Below are positions 18,576 through 28,458 of a stretch of 64,000 nt of DNA, in pieces. The notes under the pieces are model-generated. The model had not been told where the DNA came from. It made no database searches and saw only the letters and a program-made list of their open reading frames with translations. Source of the DNA: Desulfovibrio sp. (GTDB lineage: Bacteria; Desulfobacterota; Desulfovibrionia; Desulfovibrionales; Desulfovibrionaceae); assembly GCA_017454325.1 (NCBI GenBank), contig JAFTDG010000055.1:8018-72017 (forward strand), written 5' to 3'. The position numbers and the translations under genes were made by a program. Within the stretch, counting starts at the first letter, position 1, and each line of letters opens with the position of its first letter.

Positions 18576-19423
18576 GCCAAGGTACCGGTCTGGAACTCAT
18601 TCTCAATGCCGCTGAAGGGGCATTGCAGATTCTTATCACCGAAGATGAACATATCCTCTGCGCGCAAGAATGGAGGAGGACTGACAGAGCTACGGAAATT
18701 TTGACACCGGCACTGAAGGGAATGTGTACTGCCTTGGGCATACAACCTTCAGAGTTTCGACGCATTGCATGCATATGTGGGCCGGGTTCCTTTACAGGTA
18801 TCCGTCTTGTGCTCGCCACAGCTGCAGCCCTGCGTCGTACCGGCAGGGCTCAACTCGCTGGACTAAACTATTTGCAAGCCCTGGCTACAACAGTAGTGCA
18901 ACGTCGTTCGCTGCCATACGGAGTATATATTTGGACACTCACACATGCCCGGCGAAACCTCGTACACTGTCAACCATATATATCCTATGGGCCACGTATA
19001 CCAGCACAACCGCTTGCAGAAGTGAAACTCTGCACGCCCCAAGAAGCAGTAAACCAAATTGATTCAACGCCAAAAATCCAACCTCAAGGTATGTGTCTTC
19101 CGCAATGTGTCTGGATCTGTGGCAGCGGCCTCTCCCGCAACCATGGCCTTTTTGAATCTTTTGACGGGATGGGAGAACTCCCCGTGTCGCCCAATGCACC
19201 AGTAGTTGCTTTGCCGGAGGTTTCCTCACCAGATTTTTTTGCCTTGTGTCTGCTTGCCCGCCACGGAGAATATTTCTATAACGATATTCAGCCCCTTTAT
19301 GTGCGTTCCTGTGATGCCGTGGAAAATCTTCCCCATTTGGCCCCTAGACTGGGCATATCTGGTGATGAAGCTTACGCCGCACTACAGGCACAGTTGGCAC
19401 GCACACCGCACAGTGAAATATAG
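18572..19423 (+). CDS. tsaB: tRNA t6A37 biosynthesis protein TsaB-like (inactive Kae1/Gcp homologue)
   Basis: CGPGSFTGIRL motif. ATGA start/stop overlap with rseP at 18572-18575. Confidence 0.65.
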   Translation: MSQGTGLELILNAAEGALQILITEDEHILCAQEWRRTDRATEILTPALKGMCTALGIQPSEFRRIACICGPGSFTGIRLVLATAAALRRTGRAQLAGLNYLQALATTVVQRRSLPYGVYIWTLTHARRNLVHCQPYISYGPRIPAQPLAEVKLCTPQEAVNQIDSTPKIQPQGMCLPQCVWICGSGLSRNHGLFESFDGMGELPVSPNAPVVALPEVSSPDFFALCLLARHGEYFYNDIQPLYVRSCDAVENLPHLAPRLGISGDEAYAALQAQLARTPHSEI

Positions 19424-19456
19424 AAACATTTGCGTGCGACAAAGGTCCAGTTATCA

Positions 19457-20401
19457 CTATACAGAGCAAGACAAAGGACGTCCAGCAAGAACCTGCCGTG
19501 CTGCTCGTACATCGGCAGCTATCTGTTGTTTAAGCTCATCAGTAGAGGCAAAGCGTTGTTCATTGCGCAACCTCTCTACAAACTCCAGTCGCATGGTGTG
19601 GCCATACAAATTCTGACTGCCATCTAGCTCCAGAAGGAAGGTTTCTACACATAGTTCGTTTTCGCCAAATGTGGGCTTGCGCCCAACACTCGTGACAGCA
19701 GGCATACTGCGTCCATCCACTGAAGCTTGTGTAACATAAACACCTTCAGCAGGCAGTACAACTTCAGGCCTATGCTGATTGGCAGTGGGAAAGCCTAAGC
19801 TGCGACCACGTCCGTCACCATGCAGCACTTCACCACTAAACCCATGCCAACGCCCCAGCAGCGTAGCGGCTTTTGCTACATCTCCTTCAGCTATGAGTCT
19901 GCGTAAGGTCGTAGAGCTGACAACCACGGCATCAGCCATGACGGGAAGCAACTGTTCTACACGGAAACCAAGCAATGCTCCCAGTTCCTTCAATACACTC
20001 ACAGAACCTTCCCTATTTCGGCCAAGTGAGAAATCATAGCCCACAACAAGATATCGTAGGCACATGGGTACAAGTATATCACGCACAAAAGTCCCTGCTT
20101 CCAATGAGGCAAGCCTGTGCGTGAAAGGCAATTCAAGCACATAGGGTACGCCCATGGCCTCCATCAGTGCAAAACGGTCTTCCCGCGATGTCAAAGGACA
20201 GTGCCCACGCTCGGGGAACAATACCTGGCGAGGATGCGGCCAAAAAGTCATGACCACAGGAGTAAGCTCGTCGGTGGCACTAACTTCGAGCAAGCGTCTG
20301 ATTAGTGCCTGATGGCCCAAATGTACGCCATCAAAATTGCCAATAGTAAGAGCTGTTCCCTTCAAGGAGCTGAGTGCATCAACTGAATGGAGAATGTACA
20401 T
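19457..20401 (-). CDS. ribF: bifunctional riboflavin kinase / FMN adenylyltransferase
   Basis: GNFDGVHLGH, the C-terminal kinase motif LGFPTAN and E.HLL.F..NLYG-type motifs. Confidence 0.95.
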   Translation of the reverse strand: MYILHSVDALSSLKGTALTIGNFDGVHLGHQALIRRLLEVSATDELTPVVMTFWPHPRQVLFPERGHCPLTSREDRFALMEAMGVPYVLELPFTHRLASLEAGTFVRDILVPMCLRYLVVGYDFSLGRNREGSVSVLKELGALLGFRVEQLLPVMADAVVVSSTTLRRLIAEGDVAKAATLLGRWHGFSGEVLHGDGRGRSLGFPTANQHRPEVVLPAEGVYVTQASVDGRSMPAVTSVGRKPTFGENELCVETFLLELDGSQNLYGHTMRLEFVERLRNEQRFASTDELKQQIAADVRAARQVLAGRPLSCSV

Positions 20402-20430
20402 TTTTTACGGTACCGGAGCTGGAAAACTGG

Positions 20431-20931
20431 CTAAATAAGACGTTCAAAAAGAAACTTATATAGCTTGCGTAGGTAGAGCACCATCTTGAGCTGAATACTT
20501 CTTACTGCATTCGCATTCAGTACGGAGAACGAACACAGATGGCGAGAAACCTCACTGAAATCTTTATCTCCACGTGGTGCCAGCATAGCCCAATATTCAA
20601 CAGCGCGCTGCAGCAGTTGGGTACTTTGTTCATCTGTATGCTTGCTACCATACGTAGCTCGAAATTCGTCAAACATACGATCGGCATCCTGCGGGAACGA
20701 ACGTGCTAAGGCAAGACGCCACAGGGCCATGAACACTCCGCCTAGCTCGATTTTCATCTGTCTGCGACGTAAAAACTGGAATCGCCCAACGTGCAACAAA
20801 TCCAGTGCCTCTGTAAAATCTGCATCAGACAACAGTGCATTAAAATTATCCAGTGCCCTACGCACAGCTTCAGCGGGAGCAGTATACGGCGTGGAAGATA
20901 AAAGGGATGTCTGACCGTCAAAAGCCTGCAC
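20431..20931 (-). CDS. hypothetical protein (166 aa)
   Basis: ORF with a GTG start, packed between the DEAD-box helicase and ribF on the same strand. No motif recognised. Confidence 0.45.
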   Translation of the reverse strand: MQAFDGQTSLLSSTPYTAPAEAVRRALDNFNALLSDADFTEALDLLHVGRFQFLRRRQMKIELGGVFMALWRLALARSFPQDADRMFDEFRATYGSKHTDEQSTQLLQRAVEYWAMLAPRGDKDFSEVSRHLCSFSVLNANAVRSIQLKMVLYLRKLYKFLFERLI

Positions 20932-20942
20932 GTCGACCTACC

Positions 20943-22592
20943 CTAAGATTCTCTGCCTGTTCCGGAATTCTGAAGTTCCTGGATACTTGCATCGGCAGCG
21001 TTAAAATGTTGCGATCGACGACGGCGTCTGTGCCGTGAGGTTCTGGGACTGGGGACATTTTCCTCATGAAGATCGGTTTGCTCTATTTTGCAGTCAAAAG
21101 CATTATCGCAAGCTACCGAACTTTCTGATTTTTCTTTCTTGCGTGAACGCCGGGAGCGCCAACGGCGCTCACCTCGGTTTGAGGCACCCGAATTATCCGG
21201 AAGGCACTGCATGTGCAAGGTCTTCTGATGATAGGCATCCAGAAGCATAGCTAGAAGGAGTCCATTGTCATCTTCATCTCCCTGTGTCGCTAACTCACGA
21301 GCTAGATGCGCATAACGCGCCACACGCATGCGTTCCAGGCCTGTGAGCATACGAAAACGCGATTCCAATAAGGCAGTTATCCGTGTAGACGCCACCCTGG
21401 AAACATCTTCATCCGTGGGGAGTGCAAGCTCCCGCAAGGCAAGTTTGTAATGCCTGGCTATACGTTCCAGCTCCATGCGTTGCATGACGTCAACCAATGA
21501 AATGACAGTACCAGCCGCGCCCGCCCTACCCGTACGGCCGGCACGATGAATATAGCTTTCATGATCTTCCGGAGGTTCATACAAGAAAACATGTGAAAGC
21601 CGGGGAATATCAATCCCCCTTGCAGCAACATCTGTGGCTACAAGGTATTGCAACCTCCCCTTGCGGATTTTTTCCAACACTGCTTCGCGTCTTGCCTGTG
21701 TGAGGTCGGCAGAGAGTTCATCAGCATTATAACCGAAGCCTTGCAACACTCCGGTTACATAGTGAACATTGGACTTGGTATTGCAAAAAATAATAGCAGA
21801 CGCAGGGTTTTCTGTCTCAAGCAGACGGACTAGCGCACGATCCTTGTCCATGGGCTTCACTTCACAAAAAAGGTGCTGCACTTCAGCAACATACACCTCT
21901 TTACAGGAGAGAGAAAGCAAGGACGGCTCTGTCATGAATTCTCGTGCCAACATGAGTACATGCGGAGGGTAGGTAGCTGAAAAAAGGCACGTATGTATAC
22001 AGCCGTCCGGCAGATAGCGCTGGATTTCCTTCATGTCTGGATAAAATCCGATGGACAGCATACGATCGGCTTCGTCAAAAACCAGCTCGCGCAAATCTCC
22101 CAGATCCAGCGTACGCCGCAGCAAGTGATCCAATACGCGACCTGGTGTACCCACTATAAGCTGTGCGCCCTCGTGGAGGGCCTCTACTTGTTTCTTATAG
22201 CCTACGCCACCATAGACGGCGGCTGTATGGATGCCAGTGTCTGTAAAGATAGCGACGGCTTCCCGTGCCACCTGTAAAGCCAATTCACGTGTTGGTGTGA
22301 GCACCAAAGCCTGTGGAGCCTTGAGTTCCGGAGAAATGCTGCACAAAAGGGGAAGCAGATAACACCCCGTCTTGCCACTGCCAGTGCGGGACTGTACCAT
22401 GATGTCACGTCCTGTCAGTAAATAGGGCAAGGCAAGGGACTGCACAGGCATAAGGCTTTGCCAACCTGCCCGAGCACAGCCAGCACGCACACTTTCAGGT
22501 AGTGCCTCCAACGTCACGCGAGGCAAGGCATTCTCCGGTTCGGAAATCGCCATGGTGTCAACGGTGGGCTGTATCATTGTTATAACTGGCAT
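20943..22592 (-). CDS. DEAD-box ATP-dependent RNA helicase with an Arg/Ser-rich C-terminal tail
   Basis: SRTGSGKT, PTRELA, VFDEADRM, SAT and HRAGRTGRAG motifs. The tail contains SRHRRRRRS. Confidence 0.9.
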   Translation of the reverse strand: MPVITMIQPTVDTMAISEPENALPRVTLEALPESVRAGCARAGWQSLMPVQSLALPYLLTGRDIMVQSRTGSGKTGCYLLPLLCSISPELKAPQALVLTPTRELALQVAREAVAIFTDTGIHTAAVYGGVGYKKQVEALHEGAQLIVGTPGRVLDHLLRRTLDLGDLRELVFDEADRMLSIGFYPDMKEIQRYLPDGCIHTCLFSATYPPHVLMLAREFMTEPSLLSLSCKEVYVAEVQHLFCEVKPMDKDRALVRLLETENPASAIIFCNTKSNVHYVTGVLQGFGYNADELSADLTQARREAVLEKIRKGRLQYLVATDVAARGIDIPRLSHVFLYEPPEDHESYIHRAGRTGRAGAAGTVISLVDVMQRMELERIARHYKLALRELALPTDEDVSRVASTRITALLESRFRMLTGLERMRVARYAHLARELATQGDEDDNGLLLAMLLDAYHQKTLHMQCLPDNSGASNRGERRWRSRRSRKKEKSESSVACDNAFDCKIEQTDLHEENVPSPRTSRHRRRRRSQHFNAADASIQELQNSGTGRES

Positions 22593-22942
22593 TACGTTAC
22601 ATGTGGCACATCATAACAGGCGGCATCCTGATAACGCACATAGGCCGCACGCATATCCAGAACGACAAAGAACATATCCACTTTGTGTCTTTACATGCGT
22701 AGAGTTTGTTCAAAAAAACACTACGGCATGCAATGCGTGTCTTTTTTTTAGTTCATAATTGATTTCGTATATGAAAACTAATATAATTCAATGGTGTTAT
22801 TTACGCAAGTTACCGTGGAATAAGCCGTTTGCTTGTGCTACTTGTCTTTCCCAGATACTTGCGAATAGAGCACTACCGTTGCATATGAGCATCCTTACCA
22901 TCATAAGGCAAAGCATAAATGGAGAATTTCAGGGGGATCAGT

Positions 22943-23353
22943 ATGGCCGCAGTTCAAGACAAACTTCATGCCCCTGATACAGCTTTTACTCCCGATTTCA
23001 GCAAGGGCCTTGTACCGGCCATTGCACAGGACTATGCAACCGGTGAAGTGCTGATGCTTGCCTATATGAATGAAGAGGCATGGCACAAAACCCTGGAGAC
23101 TGGGGAAGCTCACTATTGGAGCCGTAGCCGTCATGAACTATGGCATAAAGGATCCACTTCGGGTAATATTCAAAAAGTACATGCATTACGTCTTGATTGT
23201 GACAGCGATACAGTACTGTTACTGATTGAGCAACTGGGTGGAGCTGCCTGCCATACTGGAAGACGCTCCTGCTTTTTCAAAGAATGGCGCAATGGGGCTG
23301 TGAACATTTGCTCACCACAGATATTTGATCCCAAACACGTCTATGGGAAATGA
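22943..23353 (+). CDS. hisI: phosphoribosyl-AMP cyclohydrolase
   Basis: [20 protein letters not shown] and LDCD.D..L..V......ACHTG..SCF motifs. ATG 22943 follows AGGGGGA. The in-frame ATG 22919 is an alternative. Confidence 0.9.
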   Translation: MAAVQDKLHAPDTAFTPDFSKGLVPAIAQDYATGEVLMLAYMNEEAWHKTLETGEAHYWSRSRHELWHKGSTSGNIQKVHALRLDCDSDTVLLLIEQLGGAACHTGRRSCFFKEWRNGAVNICSPQIFDPKHVYGK

Positions 23354-24300
23354 CTACCCATCTGCAGACACAGTGCGACACGTTTCAAGTGAAGGACAGG
23401 ATTATTATGCGCGAGGGAACCTCCCCCATCATTAAGCTTGGCGTACCCAAGGGTTCGCTAGAAGAAGCCACCATCAATCTTTTTGAGCGTGCAGGTTGGA
23501 AAATTCGCAAACATACCCGTAACTATTTTCCAGACATCAACGACCCCGAAATCGCTGCCTCGCTTTGCCGAGTTCAGGAGATTGGCGAATACATTGAGGC
23601 CGGAGTACTTGATGTAGGCATTACAGGCCTGGACTGGCTCATAGAACGGAATCATGAAAACGCGGTCATGCGCATAGCCGACCTAATGTATTCCAAGTCC
23701 TCCAATCGCCCCTGTCGCTGGGTGCTGGCTGTCGCTGGTAATTCTCCATATCAAAAACCAGCAGACCTCGCAGGCAAACGCATAGCTACGGAGCTGGAGG
23801 GGCTTACCCGCCGTTATTTTGAAAAAATTGGCATAAAAGTTGATGTATTCTATTCCTGGGGAGCTACTGAGGCCAAAGTGGTGGAAGGGCTGGCAGATGG
23901 CATTGTTGAGGTGACGGAAACCGGCACCACAATTCGCGCACACGGTCTGCGTATCATTGATGAAGTCATGATTTCCTATCCGGTGCTCATAGCTAACAAG
24001 ATATCTTGGGAAAATCCCGTTAAACGCGCCAAAATCAAACAGCTCGATCTTCTTTTGCAAGGTGCGTTACGGGCCGAAAATCTTGTGGCGTTGAAGATGA
24101 ATGCCCCGGCGCTCCATCTAGATGCCATCCTTGAAATGTTGCCTTCACTCAATTCGCCTACCGTGTCCCCCCTGCGTGACGCACGCTGGCTCTCCGTGGA
24201 GACAGTGGTACAGATTGACGTCGTGCGTGATCTTATTCCGCGTCTGCGTGAAGCCGGTGCCGAGGGTATCATTGAATACGCCCTGAACAAAGTCATCTGA
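23350..24300 (+). CDS. hisG: ATP phosphoribosyltransferase (long form)
   Basis: [17 protein letters not shown] and ATEL motifs plus a C-terminal regulatory domain. ATGA overlap with the hisI stop. ATG 23407 is an alternative start. Confidence 0.9.
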   Translation: MTTHLQTQCDTFQVKDRIIMREGTSPIIKLGVPKGSLEEATINLFERAGWKIRKHTRNYFPDINDPEIAASLCRVQEIGEYIEAGVLDVGITGLDWLIERNHENAVMRIADLMYSKSSNRPCRWVLAVAGNSPYQKPADLAGKRIATELEGLTRRYFEKIGIKVDVFYSWGATEAKVVEGLADGIVEVTETGTTIRAHGLRIIDEVMISYPVLIANKISWENPVKRAKIKQLDLLLQGALRAENLVALKMNAPALHLDAILEMLPSLNSPTVSPLRDARWLSVETVVQIDVVRDLIPRLREAGAEGIIEYALNKVI

Positions 24301-24343
24301 CCGTTATCCTGAAAAGGGATTCCACTAAAAGGAAATATGGTTC

Positions 24344-25117
24344 ATGGACGACGCCAGCAAAGATTACCTTGAAAGCCTGCCGGAACTGCATTCCGGCGAG
24401 ACGTTCTGCTTTGATTGCAATCCTGAGGTACCCTGTTTCAACCAATGTTGTGCGGAGCTTACTCTGCCTCTCACACCGTATGATGTACTGCGATTGCGCC
24501 GTCATATGGATAATATCGCCAGTGAGACTTTTCTTGCAAACTTCACCACTATGCGTTCTTTTCCAGATACAGGATTTCCCCTGCCCATGCTCCGTATGTT
24601 ACAGGGGCCCGGTGAGCCTTGTCCTTTCGTGACTCCCGCTGGCTGTTCCGTATACGAAAACAGACCTGGTGCCTGTCGTTTCTACCCATTGGGACGTGGT
24701 ACAAAAATGGGGAAACATGGTATTGAGGAACGCTTTTTTCTTGTGCAGGAACCTCACTGTCACGGTTTTGACAAAGGAACAGAACGTACTGCGGAACAGT
24801 GGTTGCACAATGAAGAATTATCTGAATACAATGCCGCCAACGACCGCTACATGCGCCTCATGGCCTTGGTACGAGCCACAGGTAAGCCCCTGGAGCCTCG
24901 TATGGCGACTATGGCTGTGCTCTGCCTTTTTCAGTTAGATAAATTCCGGGAACTCATTTCCCAAATGCACATCTTTGCCCATGTGGACGTACCTGCAGCG
25001 CGGCAAACATCCATAATGGCTGACAGTCTTGATGGCGATAAAGCTGCACTGGACTTTGCGCTGGACTGGATGGAATTGATCATCTTTGGTCAAAGCTCGC
25101 AACTATCCAAAAAATGA
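24344..25117 (+). CDS. YkgJ-family cysteine-cluster protein (UPF0153)
   Basis: CFDCNPEVPCFNQCC ... CPFVTPAGCSVYENRPGACRFYP is the characteristic CxxC...CC / C...C...C pattern. Confidence 0.7.
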   Translation: MDDASKDYLESLPELHSGETFCFDCNPEVPCFNQCCAELTLPLTPYDVLRLRRHMDNIASETFLANFTTMRSFPDTGFPLPMLRMLQGPGEPCPFVTPAGCSVYENRPGACRFYPLGRGTKMGKHGIEERFFLVQEPHCHGFDKGTERTAEQWLHNEELSEYNAANDRYMRLMALVRATGKPLEPRMATMAVLCLFQLDKFRELISQMHIFAHVDVPAARQTSIMADSLDGDKAALDFALDWMELIIFGQSSQLSKK

Positions 25118-25148
25118 TGAAGAGGAGCACTCATCTAGATATAATTCT

Positions 25149-25186
25149 TTTACAAATACTGTGAAATAGGCCATGATATTTGTAAA
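25149..25186. promoter_or_regulatory. perfect 10-bp inverted repeat TTTACAAATA-N18-TATTTGTAAA upstream of the TSUP gene
   Basis: Read directly from the sequence. It lies about 150 nt upstream of ATG 25339. Candidate operator or RNA hairpin. Confidence 0.3.
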
Positions 25187-25338
25187 CTAAAAGGCACACC
25201 AGGCAATATACGCATATCAGTTTATTATTTCACATAGTTATGGTATGCTGTTCTGTAGTTGTTATCATGTCAAACTACGGTCTTTTTGTCGAGGTATATG
25301 CCTCGGTATTGGCCAGAAACCTTGTAGCGGAGGAGAAT

Positions 25339-26601
25339 ATGAGTTTTGGCAGACAACTGTATGAATTTCTGCTGAGCAGCTCCCAGGCATACGCCAAATG
25401 GGATTTGGAAGTCTCCACTTCTATTCTGAAAAACAGAAAAAAACTGCTCATACTATTTGCATTGGCCGTGCCTGTTCTGGCGGGATGTTTTGCTGAAGCC
25501 TATGAATACCACGAGATGCTGGGTGGTAAATCAGCCTATGCCCCGGCTTTTTACACCACCACTATTTTTCTGGCCTCCATCGCTGTTGGCCTTGCTGCAG
25601 GCCTCATTACCGGGTGTATCGGTGCGGGAGGCGGTTTTATTATTACACCGGCGCTTATGGCTGTAGGTGTCAAAGGGATCCTCGCTGTGGGCACGGATCT
25701 CTTCCATATTTTTGCCAAAGCTATTATGGGCACAACCGTCCACAAAAAACTGGGCAATGTCTCTGCCAAACTAGCAGTGGCCTTTCTTGTCGGCTCCATC
25801 GGCGGCACCTTTATTGGAGGTGCAATTAACAAAGGCCTGTACAATGCCGACCCTCTGCTCTCAGAACTTTTCATCAGCACTATTTATGCCGTCTTGTTGG
25901 GTTTTTTAGGTTTTTATGCTCTGTTTGATTTTTGGAAAAGTACTCGTGGCACAGCTGCCACCCAGACAGCACAAGCCAGTGGAAATGCCGGAATGACTGG
26001 TCTTTCGGTCAAACTTCAAAGTCTTACGCTGCCGCCCATGATCACCTTTGATGAAGACCTTGTTCCTGGTGGTCGTCGCATTTCTGGCTGGATTGTTGCT
26101 GCAGGTGGTGTCTTTGTGGGATTGCTGGCTGCAATCATGGGAGTAGGCGGTGGTTTTGTGACCTTTCCCATGTTTGTATATATATTCGGCGTGTCTTCCA
26201 TGACCACAGTAGGTACAGATATTCTACAGATTATCTTCACCGCGGGCTTCGCAGCTGTAGGACAATATGCCATCTACGGCTATGTATTCTATACTCTGGC
26301 CATTGGCATGTTGCTTGGCTCTCTACTGGGCATCCAGATCGGCGCATTAACCACAAAGGCTGTCAAAGGTGTCCATATCCGAGGATTCTATGCGGTTTCT
26401 ATCATAGCTGGTTTCATCAACCGTGCTGCAACGCTGCCTAAAAAGTTGGTAGAAATGGAAGTGCTAAACTGGACGCCCGGCGTTGTGAATACTATTGAAC
26501 AGGTGGGCAACGTGATCTTTTGGGTTGTAGTTGCCGTATTTGGTCTCTGGGTTTTCAGCAAGTTCTTCCTCAACCTTGGCAAACTCAGAGGGGAGGCATA
26601 A
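25339..26601 (+). CDS. TSUP (TauE/SafE) family anion/sulfite-type exporter, long form (420 aa)
   Basis: Two homologous halves each carry a GxGGGF motif (GAGGGFIITPALM and GVGGGFVTFPMFV). ATG 25339 follows GGAGGAG. Confidence 0.8.
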   Translation: MSFGRQLYEFLLSSSQAYAKWDLEVSTSILKNRKKLLILFALAVPVLAGCFAEAYEYHEMLGGKSAYAPAFYTTTIFLASIAVGLAAGLITGCIGAGGGFIITPALMAVGVKGILAVGTDLFHIFAKAIMGTTVHKKLGNVSAKLAVAFLVGSIGGTFIGGAINKGLYNADPLLSELFISTIYAVLLGFLGFYALFDFWKSTRGTAATQTAQASGNAGMTGLSVKLQSLTLPPMITFDEDLVPGGRRISGWIVAAGGVFVGLLAAIMGVGGGFVTFPMFVYIFGVSSMTTVGTDILQIIFTAGFAAVGQYAIYGYVFYTLAIGMLLGSLLGIQIGALTTKAVKGVHIRGFYAVSIIAGFINRAATLPKKLVEMEVLNWTPGVVNTIEQVGNVIFWVVVAVFGLWVFSKFFLNLGKLRGEA

Positions 26602-26602
26602 C

Positions 26603-27334
26603 ATGCTCATTCACGAAAAAGCCCCCTTTATGAGGGGCAGCCTGCTGCTTATTTCCTTTCTTGTGCTGTTCTTTATCCTTCTTACACCCGTTATGCGCGA
26701 TGAAAATGGCAATCACCTAACGGGACTACAATACGCCGACAATGTATTTAACGAACTTTCCAAGGGATCTTCCTATTTTATCCCCACTGTACGCAAGAGT
26801 CTTGATACCGTAAACGGCAAGGTAGTAACTGTCTCTGTTGCCTTAAAAAAGGCAGACCTAACCCCCATTGCTGTGATGGCCCTGCAGAAATCTGGCGCCA
26901 GCGACGTAAAGGAAGAAAACGGCAAAGTGACATTTACCGGTGATTTAGGCAAAATACTTACTTCTGCCACTGATGACGCAGATCATCTATATCATAATCA
27001 AGCAGAACCTGTGTCGCAGAAATATAACGGTGAGAATGCTCTCAAGGTAACCTCTGCATGGTGGTATACTCTGTCACCCGCCATCAAAGAGCTACAGAAG
27101 CAACGACTTATCCCAGAAGCACAGGTAGTGGATCAAGTACTACGCCGAGCCATAGAGCCAGGCAACAATTTCTTCAGTGTAACCCCGGCCAGGGTAGCTG
27201 ACCATATCTGGCTTTTGGTCGCCATGTTGTTATTTTATATCATTTATACGTTGTGGTATGGATTTGCGATTTTTGAACTATTTGAGGGCATTGGTCTTGC
27301 CATGACAAAGTCCAAGGTAAAGCAGGAAAGCTAA
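26603..27334 (+). CDS. hypothetical membrane-anchored protein coupled to the TSUP gene
   Basis: ATG 26603 lies 1 nt after the TSUP stop. It has an N-terminal TM, a soluble middle of about 170 aa, and a C-terminal TM hairpin (HIWLLVAMLLFYIIYTLWYGFAIFELF). Confidence 0.5.
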   Translation: MLIHEKAPFMRGSLLLISFLVLFFILLTPVMRDENGNHLTGLQYADNVFNELSKGSSYFIPTVRKSLDTVNGKVVTVSVALKKADLTPIAVMALQKSGASDVKEENGKVTFTGDLGKILTSATDDADHLYHNQAEPVSQKYNGENALKVTSAWWYTLSPAIKELQKQRLIPEAQVVDQVLRRAIEPGNNFFSVTPARVADHIWLLVAMLLFYIIYTLWYGFAIFELFEGIGLAMTKSKVKQES

Positions 27335-27492
27335 CTGGTTACAATTCTAAACTGCGATTTGCTATGGGCACCCCATACAGGGGGGGCCCATATAATTCTT
27401 CTTTGGGGAAAAAAAAGATTCCCAGTGACGGGGGCTTTTGTCTCGAATGGTTTTTTGTAGATTATTTTTTGGATCACCGTAGCGATGATATT

Positions 27493-28341
27493 ATGTCCAG
27501 TCTCTGGAATGCAAAAAAGCAAGATCCCTTAGTAGAAGCTCAAAACAGCGGATCTACCATCACATTAACGTGTTGTCTTTCACGAAAAGGCGAAGCCGTT
27601 GAAATGCGCATTGAAGGCCTTTTACGCAATGTACAGGGTCGAGAAGCGCAAGTTTTTGTGCAAAGAGTGACCACCTTAAGTGGCAAAAACAAGGATCCCG
27701 ACGACCATTTTGAATTTTCATTTCAGATTGCCGCAAGCCATGGTGAAAACCAGGGGACACGAATGGGTGCTCGGGGAATAGGGCTCATTCTCAAAACTGA
27801 GGATAACAATGACGGGACGTTGCGCACTCTAGACCTGCGCTTCCCCCACAATTACACTGTCCGCCCCCTGCGCAAAAACAAACGCTACGTCTGGAATAAC
27901 GAGCATACCCGGCTACTCAGCGTACTGCTTATCGACAAACCTCCGTCTACACGAGAAGAACTGGCGACGCTCTTGCGAACGCAGCAAAAGGATAGTCTCC
28001 TGGCAAGTCAGCTTATTGACATTTCTGCTGGGGGTGCTTGTATATGCCTTCCTGAAGAGGTTGCTCGGCCATCCTTTTCAACCGGTGCCCTCTATATTGT
28101 TTTTTTCATTCCAAGCTTGGCTACAAAATCAGATTTTCCTTTTGTCTTTCTTGCTAAACGCCTGGGACTCGGTAGGGAGCAGTGCTTGCATGGAACAGCC
28201 GTCCGTTTGTGTTTCACAGATGAACTTAACTGGACATATCATCATCAACTACTCAAATGGACCCCTATTGAACTAGATGGTTCAACACGCCTACGTGATT
28301 GCTTACTACTCTATAATAATGATAACAGCTTAACACCATAA
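27493..28341 (+). CDS. PilZ-domain (c-di-GMP receptor-like) protein
   Basis: RKNKR (RxxxR) followed by LIDISAGGACI (DxSxxG). The start is uncertain: the track ORF begins at 27364, but that stretch contains G7 and A8 runs. Confidence 0.55.
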   Translation: MSSLWNAKKQDPLVEAQNSGSTITLTCCLSRKGEAVEMRIEGLLRNVQGREAQVFVQRVTTLSGKNKDPDDHFEFSFQIAASHGENQGTRMGARGIGLILKTEDNNDGTLRTLDLRFPHNYTVRPLRKNKRYVWNNEHTRLLSVLLIDKPPSTREELATLLRTQQKDSLLASQLIDISAGGACICLPEEVARPSFSTGALYIVFFIPSLATKSDFPFVFLAKRLGLGREQCLHGTAVRLCFTDELNWTYHHQLLKWTPIELDGSTRLRDCLLLYNNDNSLTP

Positions 28342-28364
28342 GACTAAACCATCTTATACCACTT

Positions 28365-28380
28365 TGGCATTTAATATGCA
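28365..28380 (+). promoter_or_regulatory. putative sigma-54 (-24/-12) promoter
   Basis: TGGCAT-TTAAT-ATGCA has the GG-N10-GC spacing and is close to the consensus TGGCAC-N5-TTGCA. It lies 79 nt upstream of ATG 28459. Confidence 0.55.
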
Positions 28381-28458
28381 TATTTTGTGATATCCGTATC
28401 AACGCGGCAATTTTGACATTACGCTTACAAATGGCAAGCATAATAAAAGGATATCACC

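Noticed and set aside
22759-22977. 72-aa ORF in the helicase/hisI intergenic region.
   Set aside because: It has no RBS, a Cys/Arg-rich odd composition, and runs into the hisI start. It is more likely non-coding leader or promoter DNA.
28385-28402. TTGTGA-N6-TATCAA, as a possible Crp/Fnr-family operator overlapping the sigma-54 promoter region.
   Set aside because: Only one half-site is good and the right half matches TCACAA at 4 of 6 positions. It cannot be distinguished from chance in AT-rich DNA without comparative data.
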